A DNA stretch of 63,919 bases, filler included, from Craspedostauros australis (taxonomy: Eukaryota), in NCBI GenBank assembly GCA_030167865.1. It is 7 parts of 7 records of this genome, joined end to end, with 100 filler letters (N's around TTAATTAATTAA, not from the genome) between each part and the next. Parts side by side here need not be neighbours in the genome. Positions count along the whole stretch, not along the records: positions 10,104 to 24,437 come from JALAGF010001740.1; positions 24,538 to 26,422 come from JALAGF010001742.1; positions 26,523 to 57,510 come from JALAGF010001743.1; 4 more parts are not named here. The stretch is one strand, 5' to 3'. Shown here one piece after another: positions 18,492 to 32,054 of this stretch. A program made the translations under genes and the position numbers. Below the pieces are notes generated by a model, which was not told the DNA's origin, searched no databases, and saw only the letters and a list, made by a program, of their open reading frames with translations. Numbering within the stretch: the first letter of the stretch is position 1; each line of letters starts with the position of its first letter.

Positions 18492-19910
18492 TTACGCCTT
18501 GAATGCCAAACCGCACCAGATGACACCAATGGCGATGGCGAGCAGGGATGAGAAGAAGCTGAGTTTCTGCGGAATATCGGGTCTTTGAAAGACCTCGCTG
18601 GCCCGCCGCGTGCCTTCGCCGATGAGCGTGGTCGTGACAGCCATGGCCGCCATGGTGCCGGCCGCGTACGAGCTGAGGAATGCGAGGTTGCCGCCCCAGG
18701 TCGCGAGCGCAAGGGCCGGTGCCAGCGATGGTGCACCGTCCCACGAAAAGCCGTGCAGCAGGCCGTTGAAGATGACGGAACGGTTCGTGGATGGTTTGAT
18801 GTTGGCGTCCGAGTTGGCGGCAGCCGAGAGGGATTTGGCAGACACGACGGGACCGGCCTCTGCTTCGAATTCTCGGGCCTCGCGGATTCCCATGACACCG
18901 ATGATGATCAACGACAAGCCGACGGCAATTTCTGTGACATGCGAAACACTGGAGAGGACCGATCGCAGCATCGGCGCTTTCTGGACCTGTGCCTTCAGCG
19001 AGAATGCCAGGACGCCGAGCAGGATGGCGGAGAATCCATGTCCCATGCCCCACAGCGCGCCGATGCGTCCTGCGTTGTACCATCGTTGGCCGACGCATCG
19101 TGGCAGCAGTGCGGCGAGATGGTCTGGTCCTGTTTTTGTGCAGAGTGGAAAGAGGTTGATGTGAAAGGGTGGGATTGAGAAAAGACAACGATCGTCGTTG
19201 TTCATGTTCGTGTTCATGATGGCATCAACGTTGACACCCGCGAATCACCATCGATGATGTTTGTACATGAAGGTGAGGGTGGAGTAAATCATTCCGCACA
19301 GCGTTGCAGTGCAATCAAACGCATGACGTTTGGGGATGGAACGCAATTTGGGGAGCAGAGACGAAAGATCGATGGGATCGTCAGAAGAGAGAGGCAGAAC
19401 AGATGGTGAGTTCGACGTGCTTTCGCATTTATTGCTCAATCTCGTTTGTGCGGCGAAAAACACGACCACTGATACGCACGCAACAGCTGGCCATTGTCGC
19501 GTCTTGTCACCGTCACTCGCACAACAGTCATCACGGCAAGAACGGCGAGGCCTATCGGGCGATGGTGATGTGCGCAACAAACAATCAATCAAGAATTTGT
19601 TCCAAGCGGAGGGAAACCCTTCATTCGACTCGTTCGAATCGAAAAACGTACCAGCGATGGCGTGCAATCCACCGGAGAAGAGTCCTCCGGAGATGGCGCT
19701 CGTGATGACGACAGGCGACAGCGCAAGGGATGTGCGCGATGGTCTGGACGGGAAGAGGCTTGTCGTGGGCACGGTCTTGTCGTCGCCTTGTCGCGAGAAA
19801 GCGCGCGTTCGTGACGTCGTCTGCGGTTGTTGGAAGGCCGATGCGGTGGTGGCCATCGCCATCAGAAGCATGGCAGATGCCGTCATCGTTGCTGCTCTCC
19901 TTGTCTTCAT
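18492..19910 (-). CDS. Plastid-targeted UreH/NiCoT-like (plant CGF-type) membrane protein; exons 19910-19652, 19129-18492
   Basis: Pre-sequence '...ATTASAFQQ'; spliced 'HAIAGPDHLAALL', 'GALWGMGH', 'GLLHGFSWD'; about 6 hydrophobic helices. Confidence 0.82.
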
Positions 19911-20725
19911 CTTTCTGCTGTCTTTGTGTTCAAGTCGTTGGGTGTATCTGTATCGTTCTATGAGCGCTCTACTGTAATCAAGAATGCAACCTTTGTGTTC
20001 TGTTCTGTTGCGATGGAATGCGGTGGTATCCGTCGAAGTGGAGGGTGTGGATGCCGGCGCAAAAGGTTTGTGTGGAAGGGAGTGGGATGGTGCCGATCCT
20101 TGAAGCGCTCTGGCGTTGTTGTCGTTCTGATGTATTTCTCGTGACAGGTGGCAGTGGAGTTTTTCGTCGCCCGCGAAAACAGAGAAGAAAGAGTTCGCAA
20201 GAACGCTGTCGCCAACACGACAACGAGTGGTGGCCGCAATGAGGTGTTTCCATTCACGAAACACCGTCACACCCGAAGTGACGTTGTTGAAGCACTATCA
20301 TCACCTTGATTTGTTCGACTGGATTCAATGGCCTGGTCTGTCCATCTGTCCGTTCTCGGAAATGAGTTTTAGTACAGAATGAGGCTAGAGAGAATGAGAA
20401 TGTCGTTCATCGACGACTACAATTTTAATCGCACTCCATCACACTTGCGCCATACGAACAAAGAACAGCCTTGACCAGAGTAGTCTCTCCGAAGGTGTTG
20501 AACAGAGCATTATGAATATGATAAGTTAACCACTGGAGTGGTCCAGAATAGAATTGATCACTCTGCGCTTCCTTGTTTGCGACAGTCCACGGCGTTCGTA
20601 TTCCATTTGATGACATCGCAGAGAATAGTATTGGAGAGGATGGAAGGTCGGCTGCCGCTATCGCTATTTTCAAAAATTGCGAAGACTGTGCGCTCGTTCC
20701 ATCCTGCCACACCATCCGCGCAGAT

Positions 20726-22552
20726 TCAACAATGGACTTCTTCGGAATCATCGTCAAACTGGATCTCGATGGACTGCTGCAATGCGTCATCCTCGTCGTA
20801 CAACTGCGAGGATTCGACGTTGTGCGGTTCGCAGAACCGAACGTTGCTGCGCGTGCGGTTCGTGCGGCGCGATGGCTTGCGATCGGACGATGTCATGGAG
20901 CTGATGGTGGGCGTGATGATGGTGTTCGTGATCGTTTCGAAGGTGGACGACGATCGGCCGACGCCGCCTTCATGGTATAATGACAGCGACCGGTTGCTCG
21001 TGCCGAAATCGAAGATGAAGACGCTGGACGACGTCTTGTCGCTGTTGCTGTCGTGGTTGCTGTCGTGGTTGCTGGTGCGGCTCGAGACGCGGCGCAGGCG
21101 GTGCAAGGAGGTTTCGAAGAAGCGGATGAGGATGATGTTGGTCTCGGCCTTGCCTGAGGCATTCTGCCAGTTCCACAGGAAGGCGTCGATCTTGAAGCCC
21201 TGCTTCGACAGCGTCTTGTTGACCATGCGGCACCAACCGTCGTTGAGCATCGTGACCCACGCCTTCTTTGTGGCGTCGTCATCGCGCAGCATGCCGCAGC
21301 AGCACATCTGCGGTGGCAACGTCTCGCAGGCCTCGAGGAAGGAGGTTCTGCAATCGAAGCCGTTCCACATCTCCATCGCATCGAGGAAGGTGTCGTCCGA
21401 TCCCTTGACGCAGTGCGTGACGAAGTCCTCCTCAAGGTTGAGGTAAGGCTCCGAGATGATCTCTAGGGCGCCCACGACGCCGCGCGTGCGTTGCCACTTG
21501 TAGTTGCAATTCTGACGGTTGGCGAATCCCACGTAGCGTTTGATGAAGGACAGCTTGCGTCCCATTGCGAAGGTCTCTCGCAATGACTTTGTCTGTTGCC
21601 GTTGTTGAGGTTGTCGTTGCGGTGATGATTGCCTCGGGCCTTCCGGAGGTTGCTGTCGTGGTTGCGTCTGCCTCCGCCTTTGTTGCCTGCGCGCGCTGCG
21701 AGTCGAGGCGCCAGCAGTGTCGCTCGTCCCAGCTGCTAGCGAGGGCGCATTGCTGCTGCGGCCGCTACGTGCGCTATGGTTGCTACGGGTGCTGTTCACG
21801 GTGGTGCTGTGGGTGCTGTGCACCGAACGGTTGCTCACGATGCCATCACCCGCATTCATGACGGCACCGACAGCAGCGATTGCGGCAGCATTGTCCATCG
21901 GGGTTGTCGTGGGAGTCTCCGCAGTAGCGTCAGTGGTGACGGCTGTGCCACCTGTGGTGTTGGTGGAAGTACACATGTCCTTTGCTGGTTGCTTGCGTGA
22001 CTTTGTCTGCGTCTGCGTTTGCGTCTGCGATTGCTGTTGATCTTGGACTTGGACAGCTGACCTCCGTCCTTCTTCACCATCATCCTCTGTTGCCCTCACC
22101 CCGCCGGTGCTTGTCGAGGTCAGACGAACACCATCGTGTGGGAGTTGCGTAGAATCAGGCCCTTCGGAATTCATTGACAAATGTGTTTGAAGTTCATGGT
22201 GGACTTCGCGTTGGTGGTTTTTTCTTGGTGACGGTTGGTGTGCGTCATGCCTTTGTCGCTGATCTTCTTGCTGTTGTTGTTGCTGTTGTTGTTGTTGCCG
22301 CAGTCGTTGGTGCTGTTGCGGTCGTTGCTGAGAGTCCAGAGACTCATGCCCGTGTCCATGATGATGATGGCCGTCGGTCGAGATCACCTCGATGCCTGCA
22401 TCTTCGTCGCTGCTGGGCATGATCTCCTCCGAGTCAATGCTCCACGTAGACGAGGAAGAACCGATTGCCTGCCTCTGTTGACTGTGACCACTGCTGTTGT
22501 TGCTGCTTTCGGGAACGGGTTCGATCACCCACGCTCTATCGTTGTCAATCAT
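20726..22552 (-). CDS. Hypothetical protein: Q/S/T-rich disordered N-terminus plus compact domain (…LPPQMCCCG…GFKIDAFLWNW…)
   Basis: Long ORF with coding-like composition; ATG at 22552 (MIDNDRAW) chosen by context. Confidence 0.65.
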   Translation of the reverse strand: MIDNDRAWVIEPVPESSNNSSGHSQQRQAIGSSSSTWSIDSEEIMPSSDEDAGIEVISTDGHHHHGHGHESLDSQQRPQQHQRLRQQQQQQQQQQEDQRQRHDAHQPSPRKNHQREVHHELQTHLSMNSEGPDSTQLPHDGVRLTSTSTGGVRATEDDGEEGRRSAVQVQDQQQSQTQTQTQTKSRKQPAKDMCTSTNTTGGTAVTTDATAETPTTTPMDNAAAIAAVGAVMNAGDGIVSNRSVHSTHSTTVNSTRSNHSARSGRSSNAPSLAAGTSDTAGASTRSARRQQRRRQTQPRQQPPEGPRQSSPQRQPQQRQQTKSLRETFAMGRKLSFIKRYVGFANRQNCNYKWQRTRGVVGALEIISEPYLNLEEDFVTHCVKGSDDTFLDAMEMWNGFDCRTSFLEACETLPPQMCCCGMLRDDDATKKAWVTMLNDGWCRMVNKTLSKQGFKIDAFLWNWQNASGKAETNIILIRFFETSLHRLRRVSSRTSNHDSNHDSNSDKTSSSVFIFDFGTSNRSLSLYHEGGVGRSSSTFETITNTIITPTISSMTSSDRKPSRRTNRTRSNVRFCEPHNVESSQLYDEDDALQQSIEIQFDDDSEEVHC

Positions 22553-24437
22553 GATGTGCCAGCCAACACCCTCCGCCAGCGTTCCGCTTCTTAGTTGTTG
22601 CGGTTGTTGTTGCGTGTGCGTGTATGTGAGTGAGTGAGTTATGGCCGTTCCTTGTGTGCAGCACCCGCAGTGTGGAAATGGTGCTCTGGCCGATGCTGCC
22701 CTCCGCTCTGGCTGACTCAATGTGTGGTTCTTCGCCTTCTTGTCGACTGTCTCTCTGTTGCTGTGTGTTGCTTTGTGTTGCTGTGTGTTGTTGCAACTGT
22801 CCTGCTGCTTTGTGCCAGTATGGAGCAGAGTGTGGAACAGAGTATGCAGCAGAGTATGGAATGCCCTGTGGTACGATGAATTCGGAGAGCTACGCTTGGT
22901 GCTCACAGAGAGGAGGTGTTTGCAGACAATGCAACACTTCTTCTGCAGCACTCAATGAGTATTCTTCACTTTGGTAGTAATAGAATGCTGCAATCGAAAG
23001 ACCACCTGCGAGTCGAGATCCAAAGAAACACTAAACACAAACCAAAGACGCTCTGGAGACGACCCCGTCTGTTTATGGTGTGTTGAGTAGCTCACACGAG
23101 TACCAACAGGCACAAGGAGCACGTAGATCGTGCTCGTGTTAACAGGTATTAGTGGATGTGCCAGACAGCAGATAGCCGGAGAGATGGCGATCACCCGCAA
23201 CAGGAACAAGAACTGCGCAGACCGCGAACGCCTAAATCGAGTCAGAACCAAACACACACCACGCCACGACAAGAAACGCCAAACGCACTGTGACACGGAA
23301 ACGCCGCAGCCAAGGTATCTACGACTGTTTGGACCGTGTTGCGTTATCCACATTCCGCCCTCCACGCAATCGCGTGTCTGCAGACTGCAACAGCTGGCGC
23401 CCTGGTCGTTGTTTGGTTGTGTTTGGAGCCTGTTGTCTCTGTTTTTCCTCCTCTTTCTGGCACAACGATTTTCTCTTCTCCCAATGACTCCGCGTCATTG
23501 TCAATGCGATGTCACTCTGGGAAGTTGTTTATCTTTCCCCTAAGCCGATTTGATTATGGTTTGGATTTTTTCTCTTCTCACGTGTTTCTTCAAATAAAGT
23601 GACAATCTTTATCGTTCCTTGTCCAAGATCACTCACGAACATAATGGGTTTTCGCAGGACGAGGCGCCACGCTGCGAGCTGCCATCAGTCGCACAAAACC
23701 ATGGCTTTGCACCACATCGAACAGGTTCACGTGGCAGACAGCTGCTTTCGATTGTGGAATCGCCGCGCTGCGAGCTGATCGTGTTCGTGGAGCAGAAGAC
23801 AGTGTAGCGCATCTTGTGCGGGATCTCCCCATCTCTCCTCTCCTTGTTGAGCTGTTGTCTGATCGCGTGGTAGCACTCCATGTCCATCTCCATCGCGGCA
23901 CGCACATTCACAAATCCACAACGAAGCAGATGATAGCTGGTTGAAAAAGCGCCCGCCTCTTCTCTTGAATGGTCAGCATGAATCAAACCGCCGATGCTTA
24001 TGCGCCACCATGAGCGACAACACTCTCCCCTTGCTGTGTAAAGAGAGTAAGTAGTATGAGTATTGCGCTCTGCCGATGCTGTCCTATTCTGCTGCGAGTG
24101 CTCTATTGGAACCTTCGTGTTCCTCCACAAAGCGATTCTCCAGGGGAACCGCGGTAAAGACCATATATTGGTCGGATTTTGCTTTGCTCACGCTTGAGGC
24201 GTGTTGTACGGTTTTGGGATCTGTCGAGTCAACCACTAATGGTATTACTAGAGCACGCCTTTCCCGTGTTGACTTGACGTTGCGCTTATTTACGTACGTG
24301 CTCGACATGTCGTGCACGGTGTGCCAATGCCAATGATGTCCGCTTTGCGCTCGTTCCACCCCTGTCGTGTCTGCTCCAAGACATGCCAATTTCCAGACCC
24401 ACGACATCACATCGCTGTCTTCTTGTCAATATGGCCC

Positions 24438-24537
24438 NNNNNNNNNNNNNNNNNNNNNNNNNNNNNNNNNNNNNNNNNNNNTTAATTAATTAANNNNNNN
24501 NNNNNNNNNNNNNNNNNNNNNNNNNNNNNNNNNNNNN
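24438..24537. other. Artificial contig spacer
   Basis: N-run with TTAATTAATTAA. Confidence 0.95.
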
Positions 24538-26422
24538 TGTCGCTCTAGTCTTGTCATGGTTCAGTTCGATGTTGCAGCTGAGGTAGTCTCCGAGTCCGCG
24601 CTCGATTGTCACCTTGAATTTACTGCCTTGGATATCCTTCAGGAATGTCTCCAGTGCTTTGGAGTCTCTGCAACAGAAGCAATCGTCCACATAGATGGCC
24701 ACGATCATGCTTCCTTCGTTCGTCTTCCTGTAGAACAGGCACGGGTCTGCTGCGCTCTGTTCGAANNNNNNNNNNNNNNNNNNNNNNNNNNNNNNNNNNN
24801 NNNNNNNNNNNNNNNNNNNNNNNNNNNNNNNNNNNNNNNNNNNNNNNNNNNNNNNNNNNNNNNNNNNNNNNNNNNNNNNNNNNNNNCAGTTCATGTAGAT
24901 CTCCTCGTCGAGGTCTCCATGTAGGAATGCCGTTACGACATCGACGAGTGCGCAGTCCATCTTCTTGATCAGCATGATCGCCATCATGACTTGGTAGGTC
25001 ACGTCATGGATGGCAGGTGAGTAATACTCTTGGAAGTCTACTCCTGCAACTTGTGAATAGCCACATGCAACGAGCCTCGCTCGATGTGTGCCGTCACGCT
25101 TCAGCTTGAAGACCCATTTGCACTTGCAGCATCTGCAGCCGCGTGGAATGGTATCTCGCTTGATCTTGTTGTACACCTTGCGTGTATCCATGGAGTCGAA
25201 CTCCTTCTTGATGGCTGCTCGATATCCCTTCTGATGGATGGGATCTGGGTGGTTGAAGGCTCCATCGAATGTCGTTGGTTCGATGTGCTTCTCTGGTTCC
25301 TTGTTCTCGTCCTGCATCGACAGTCCAATGTCGATCGCTGGTGTCTCGGTGATGATTGCGTTCATCCCGTATACTCCTGTTGTGCTATGGTGAGTGATCT
25401 CGATTTCTCCTTCATCCATGATTTCTTCATCATCTGTAGTTTCGTTGTTGGAATCATCGATCATCTCGTCGCTGAGTTCGTCACTCGCCTCGGCGGATGA
25501 TGGATCGCTCTCATAGCCTTCTTCCTTTCGACCTCGTTCGTTGAAGTCTGCAAGCTCACGCAGAGCTCTAGGAATATTCTTTCCTGTAGTTGACTTGGGA
25601 TTAGTTTCTCCCTTCCTGCCTCGTGCTTCGTGACGTCGGATCCTCTCCTTTCTAGCTATGTCACGCTTGTTTGGCTTGCTCGGTGGAGATCTGGATGGTG
25701 TACCATGTGTAGACCTCGCTGGTGTGTTCGGGGGAGTGACGCCTGTGTCATCGTCGGCTTCGTCGCTGGATGGTGTGATCTCGTCATCCTCATGATTGGA
25801 TTCGCTCCGATCTTCCTCGTCGTTATGGACCAGTTGTGTTACTGCTCCGTCGTCCTCATTATCCTCATCGTCGCTGTCCGATAGGATGTAGTACCTGTTG
25901 CTGTCAGTGAAAGATACTCTCTTTGCTTCCGATGTTTGACGCGTTGCCGTCCTTGGCGTTGCTCCCTTCTGTCCGATGGTTGTGAAGCCGTCTGCGTCCG
26001 TTGTTCCTGCTTCATTGGACATGTTTGGTGCTGGTGCCCAGCCACGGAACTGTCCGTATGATTGGTTGAGCCACTTGATGTCGCGTGAACAGATGAGTGA
26101 CTTGGTCGATGGTCTGTACATGTTGTAGACCCCTGATGCNTGTTGGTGTGCATATCCGATGAACACCATCTCTTCTCCTCTGTTCTTGAGTTTGGCGGTG
26201 ATCCCGCCGTAGGTAGTCTTCACAACATCCACCTCTCCAAACGTGCGGAGTGCATCCGCATATGGTGGATCGCTTCCGAAGAATTGTCGATGTGGTGACT
26301 CCTTCTGGTTCTTCGCTACGGTGATATTGGCGATGGCAGTGGCAGTGCTAGCAGCTGCTGCCCACAGGCCATGCCTATACTCTTCGTCGAGTTGTGCTCC
26401 GTTGAGCATGGAGCGGATCTTG
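24538..26422 (-). mobile_element. Ty1/copia (family B) internal fragment: integrase C-terminus, linker, reverse transcriptase
   Basis: 'GLWAAA', 'MVFIGYA', 'CKWVFKLK..RARLVACGYSQ', 'DVVTAFLHG', 'YVDD'; collinear with 57611-59410. Confidence 0.93.
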
Positions 26423-26522
26423 NNNNNNNNNNNNNNNNNNNNNNNNNNNNNNNNNNNNNNNNNNNNTTAATTAATTAANNNNNNNNNNNNNNNNNNNNNN
26501 NNNNNNNNNNNNNNNNNNNNNN
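26423..26522. other. Artificial contig spacer
   Basis: N-run with TTAATTAATTAA. Confidence 0.95.
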
Positions 26523-26523
26523 G

Positions 26524-26919
26524 GTGTCCGATCTCACCTTCTTGGCTGGATCTGGTGACGCCCAAGAAGCAATCAAGGCGAAGAGCACCGTCCTCATGAT
26601 TGTTCAACCATCCATCAAGGCAATGATCGACTCTGGTACCGTCCATACTCGTACAACTGCAGAGGACGGCACCACCCAACACACGACCATCAAACTTCCT
26701 CATCATCTTCCAAAGCACGTCCGTTGTGTCCTCCAATGCATCTACTCGGGTGACATGGCATTCACCAAGGATGGTGAGATGGCCAATGAGAGCGATCTCC
26801 AAGGCTTGCTGTTGGTGGCAGAGCAGTTTGGATGCTCAGAGCTGCAGGTGGCGATTGAAGAAGAGCTGGCGAAGAGGCGAGGCAGTACTGGAATCCAGCG
26901 TAGAGGGTCATCAGAGTGA
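26524..26919 (+). CDS. BTB/POZ domain protein, 5'-truncated
   Basis: 'SDLTF..G', 'IKLP', 'VLQCIYSG', 'LLLVAEQFGCSEL' follow the BTB pattern. Confidence 0.7.
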   Translation: MSDLTFLAGSGDAQEAIKAKSTVLMIVQPSIKAMIDSGTVHTRTTAEDGTTQHTTIKLPHHLPKHVRCVLQCIYSGDMAFTKDGEMANESDLQGLLLVAEQFGCSELQVAIEEELAKRRGSTGIQRRGSSE

Positions 26920-27594
26920 TACCACATGGAAGGAGAATGAAATCGCGCGATCTGCTGTGGCCAATTATGTATTAATTATACGTTGTTCCCTTCAAGTCTC
27001 GGCTATGAGTACAGACTACCTTACTTTTATTGTGTACTCTTCGATGGTGTCTATCTCTCTGAAGATGACCGTTCGGGTAGACGAAGATAGCCTCTCCCTC
27101 TGGAGAGAGAGAGAGAGATCACATGACAGGACATGGTGAAAATCAAACAACGTTTGGAATGTCGATACAACCAGCAACTGAAGCATCGAATCTGACTTTC
27201 TATTTGTATGTATTGTTCGTGGAGTATCTGCCTTCGTGTTCCACGGCTGCAGAAGATTAGCTCTATGAAGAGCATACCAAACGATACTCGTGGATTCCTC
27301 CATGTTTGTGGAGAATCTCTTGTCCTGCTGGTGCTTCAAGATGCGGTACACATGAATCAAGTCCTTGTTTGTGGCACTGATCTAGCTGTTGCCCCTGGCA
27401 CGTGTACGATCGCTAGTGTGAGCCATGAGTAGGGGGATGCTCGTATATGGCCTTCGAGCGTACGAGGACGCACACCTGCGAACAGAAGGAGACGCCCGCC
27501 ATTGTCCAAACCACAGGCACGAACATTTGTCCGTGTGGCAACAGTTCCGTCGCGCTGAAATGAAAAATCGACGAATGGTGCCATACTCGTTTTC

Positions 27595-30500
27595 TCATGG
27601 TGTCATGGCTCCCTCGTTGGCTCCTGAAAATGCGGTGTCCAGATCGGTGTGGCTCCGTGACTTGCGGCGCTGGTACTTCTGTCGGCTCCCCGTTGCGGTG
27701 GCTCCGTGACTTTGGCTTCTAGGAATGTTGCCGTAGCTTGGCGTCTTTCGGTAATAAAATTGAGCCATGCTTGTGGTTTTGATGTACTCTCTGTTGTTCA
27801 GGGACTCTATGAAATGTGCATGAGTTCCGCCATTAGACAGAGGTGGCTGCTTTGGGTTGGAGACAGGCGTCGCCGTTTGCTCGCCAGCGTGCTGCTCGCC
27901 TTGCTGGGCCATGCATGATGACAGGGGAGGCGCATCATCACCCTCAATGAAGAGTCCGGAGCTCATGGATGACGACCGCTGGAAAGACCCGCAAGATCGG
28001 TTGCCTCGTAGTCCTTGGCCTTGCCAGCCGAGATTTATGTCCGCATGGTGAAAGCTATTGACGTTTGATCTCGGCGTTATTTCCGAATCTACGTTCTGAA
28101 TGCTGGTCAAGTCGCCCACTCCTAGCCCTCCGAGATTGACGAGGCTGGGGCTGGTGAAGAAACTTGGAACGCGTTCTCCCATCTTTTGACCCGTGGAGAG
28201 CTGTCGCGTTCGCTTCTCCCAGGATTCCACCACCAGACGCTTTCGCAACCGCTGAACGCAACGGTCCAGCGTCACCTCCTCGGCGATGTGCGACTTGATG
28301 GCTGGGATGTGCTTCCAGGTCTCTCGCTCGGCTGCCTCCACCCACTCGACGAACTCATCGTCTCTTGGGTTGTAGAGACAGTGCATGAGGGCGCTGAGCA
28401 GACTGCGGTGGTTTTGCCACGGGATGAGGGAGATGTCACAGGCTCTGCCATCGTAATCTTGCGTGAAGAGCTGCGTCATGAGACCACGAGATGTGGAATG
28501 CAAAGGAGCGATGCGCCGTGTGCCGACCAATTCGACGATGCAGGCCAACCAACTTCGCACTCGGTCCTTCAGGAATGCGAGAACTGAATTGATCAGCCCG
28601 GCCACAGGATTTGCCCATACGCCCTGGTCCTGATTGTACGACGCGAACATGACGGCGTGGACATTTGCCTGGCTGATGATGAAGTGATTGACGTTGAACA
28701 TTTCGCTTAGCTGCTGCATCGGCAGATCTTGCTCCATCGAGCCATCTGTGAAAACGGCACCTTCTGCGCTTTCGTATCGTTCAGTTCCATCCGCGTCCCG
28801 TACCTTGAGCCTGGTTGCTTCGAACACGCCTGGTAATGCCGATGATGCGACGACTGCTGACCACACAAGGACATGCGGTGCTGTCAAGTAGTTGAGGAGA
28901 CGAGGCGGGTCGCTGCTATTGTTTGGTGTCACTACACGAGTCGGAAGGAGAGAGAATGAGAGCACAATCAGGCACGTCAGGACTGTGGTGAGTACGAGTA
29001 CATTCATGGCCGCTGGAGAGACCTCTGTGGATAGTCTGGCATGCCCTCTCGCGCTCTGATGCATGAACAGTGTACTCTCGGGGTTATTGAATGCATCACA
29101 ACGGTGAATTTCCTTGATACGAGTGGAGTACACCCACTCCTCTGTTTCCGTAGTCGTAGTCGCAGCCATGCTCTTCCTCGTTTGGTACAGATGGCGCGGC
29201 AACCAAGCGAAGTCTCGACTCACCTGTGATGTTCAAAATGCGCCCAGTTCGATCAAATGCCTCTTGGAAGGTGAAGTCGCCGATGTCCATCTTGATTCGA
29301 TCTCGGAAGTGCTCGGTGTCACTGATCAGCATGTGCTGTGGTCTCTTATTGCCGGTGATCGCATCATAAACCAAAGATGTTGCGTACCGCAGTTCGATGG
29401 GGACGAGTAGCTGCATTGTCTTCTTCATATCATGAAAGGCTCCCGCGGAGTTTCGAAATGCTGCAACGAACGGATTCGCAGATTTCTGTGCAGCTGAAGA
29501 CGATGAGTCATTGCGTTCACTGGCTCTATCCTCGCTCTCATGGCCATAGAGAGGGCGGAAGAAGTCGAGTTGAAGCTTTCCAGAATGCCCCGGTGCGTTG
29601 GTGCCCCGCGTCTGGAACAAGTCTCGGGTGCACTCCTCGTCCGTGCGGGTTCCGATGAGGGCGCACACAATTGACCCCGCCGAGGAACCACCCAGTACCC
29701 GTGGCATCAATCGATTTTCCATCAACGTCTTGATTACGCCGACATGATAAATGCCAAGTGCGGCGCCACCGGAAAGCAGCACAGCCGTCCTTCCGTAGGA
29801 GTGTCGTGTTTCATTGAAGAATGCCAGTTTGGTCTCGGTGGGGATGTGGATATCTGGCGACGATTGTTCCATTTGGTTCACGCTGTTCCTTCCATTGGGA
29901 TTTGTGGGCAGATGCCTCGGCGCTGTTGGATTTGGGATCATGTTGGGTGCATCACAGACGAAATCCAGCGCCGCGCACACCACGTTGTGATACGTTTCGA
30001 CCAAGACCTTGGAGCCAGCCATCGCCTTGCTGAAGAGACCTTCATGGAGCAATCCGAACTTGTTCCTTCCGATGCCGCCGCGCAGTTCGAACATGAGCTC
30101 GAAGATGTCATGCCGACGCATGAGGTGCACGAATTCATCGATGCGTGCCTGGATACGCTCTCGTTCGTACAATTGGCAGGTGGGGTCACTCCTCCAAACG
30201 TCGTTGCCTTGGACGTTGTCTATGCGCTCCGCCAGATCGAACCATTCATCTTGCGTGGCGGCCTGCTGCTGCAGCTGCTTGAGATCCTGGATGTAGCGTT
30301 GCCTCTTGGAGAACATGCGCGACAGTAGCTGGTTGGTGATGCTCGTAACTTGTGATATCGTCATGAATCCTGTTTGCAGAATAGTCGCGATGACGAGCTG
30401 TTTCAAAACTGTCGATGGAGCAAAGACGGCATCGATGACTTCGTAGCTCATTTTTTGGACGTGGGGCAGATTGCCGACGACGAATATCGCCGTCCTGTAT

Positions 30501-30884
30501 TTATGCAAACAGAGGGTGGTTTGTGATTGGAGTTGGTGAGGGGGATTACAGCGAGTGCGTAGATCATGGCAGGACACATGGGTGGAAACAAAACACGTCA
30601 GTGTGAGGGGATGTGTTGAGCACACACCATGGTGGATGATCGTCGCGTCGCATCGCGGCATGTACGTGCACACGTCCAGATACGGGCACACGTATTTGGG
30701 GAATATGTACGCGCATGAGTACTCGTAAGCTGGCATATTGCGTGTCCTCCTCACAATCAAATGGATCCAGGAAGGCCCCTGTTGGCGCTGAACGATGAAC
30801 ATCTATGCTTGGAACTCACTGATCCAGGAGACGGTGCAATATCTCCACCCACTCATCGAGTGAGATCGATTCACCCTTGGTCAT
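27595..30884 (-). CDS. Patatin-like triacylglycerol lipase (SDP1/TGL3-4 type); exons 30884-30820, 30494-29224, 28931-27595
   Basis: 'RHSYGRTAVLLSGGAALG', nucleophile 'GSSAG', 'TFQEAFDRTGRILNITV', 'PRLLNYLTAPHV', catalytic 'DGS', 'FNVNHFIISQ'. GT-AG junctions keep frame. Confidence 0.92.
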
Positions 30885-32054
30885 GATGGGAATGTTGTGG
30901 CGATCTTCGATCCAAAGTGATTTCCGTCAACCGACGCTGGTATTCCTTCTGTAGTTGACGAGTGCGGATTCTGTTGCAGGAGCTTTGGGGTCCAGCTTGT
31001 TCCGCGAGGGTGTTGGAGTGTTGCTGCGTTGCTGGTTGTGACTTGATGGGCGTGTCAATGGATGGACAGGCGAATGGATGGATGAATGGATGAAGGATCA
31101 GCGGCAAAGCAAGACTTTGACAAGGCGATGCTGTTATGTGATCTTGAGGCTGGCCTGAGTTTGGTTGTGACTTGGACGTGGTTGTGTCTGTGTTTGTCAT
31201 TCAGGAAAGGACAGTGTGATGATCATCGTCACTTTCTCGTTGAATGTCGCCTTCACACTCTGGTATCGCTGTCAAGAAGAGGAGCAATGATGACGATGTC
31301 GACGGAGATGCAAAGCTCTGAAATGAGTTCCTCTTCTGCAGGCCGGGACACCAGATGACGCACACCAAGCATGACGCCAAGGGTGCGAGTGCGCGAGGAG
31401 AGAAGGGAAGGAGCGAGAGGGAGAAACATCGCATTGGCGTCAGCGTCGGCATCAGAATCAGCATCAGCATCAAGGGGATGAGAGAGGGGAGAAGCTTCGA
31501 TGTCTGTGATGGATGACACCAGCCAAGAGAGCGTCGGCATTCGTGCCTCACGTTCGTGTTCGTACGTACATTGTGCAATGCGCAGAGAGGGAGAGGGGAA
31601 TGAGAACAAAGCCATCAACGCAACCAGTTGCGCGTCACTTGACACCTCCTCATCAAAGGACCTTGTTCGCTTTCTCTTTTTCTCTTGATGCCTTGGCATC
31701 ACAGAAATAACGGCCCAAACGGTTGTTGAGATGACGCGCCAAAACAACATCAGGACTAAACAAGTCCTGTCGACAATATCGTTCAGTCCCGTATCAGTCT
31801 TGGATGTGGTTGTGTCACGCGAAATCGAATCTCCGCAAAAAGTGGGCGTCTTGGTGGTGTTGCCTTGCACCATCACGCGGCCGCGCTGGAGAGCGCAACG
31901 ACGGCCATGAAGATCTTTCTCCTTTCCTTCCTTCTTTCCGCATGTTTGAGCGATGCTGCCGCACATGGACGGCCTCCGCAACAACATTGAGATCGTGCAT
32001 TAGATTTACACACGGAGCAGTATTGCACAAAATAATATTCTACATTCGCACACG

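Noticed and set aside
24766..24886. N-run in the RT at nearly the same homologous position as the N-run at 57803-57905
   Set aside because: Most simply an assembly or masking problem in a multicopy segment; there is no sequence to interpret.
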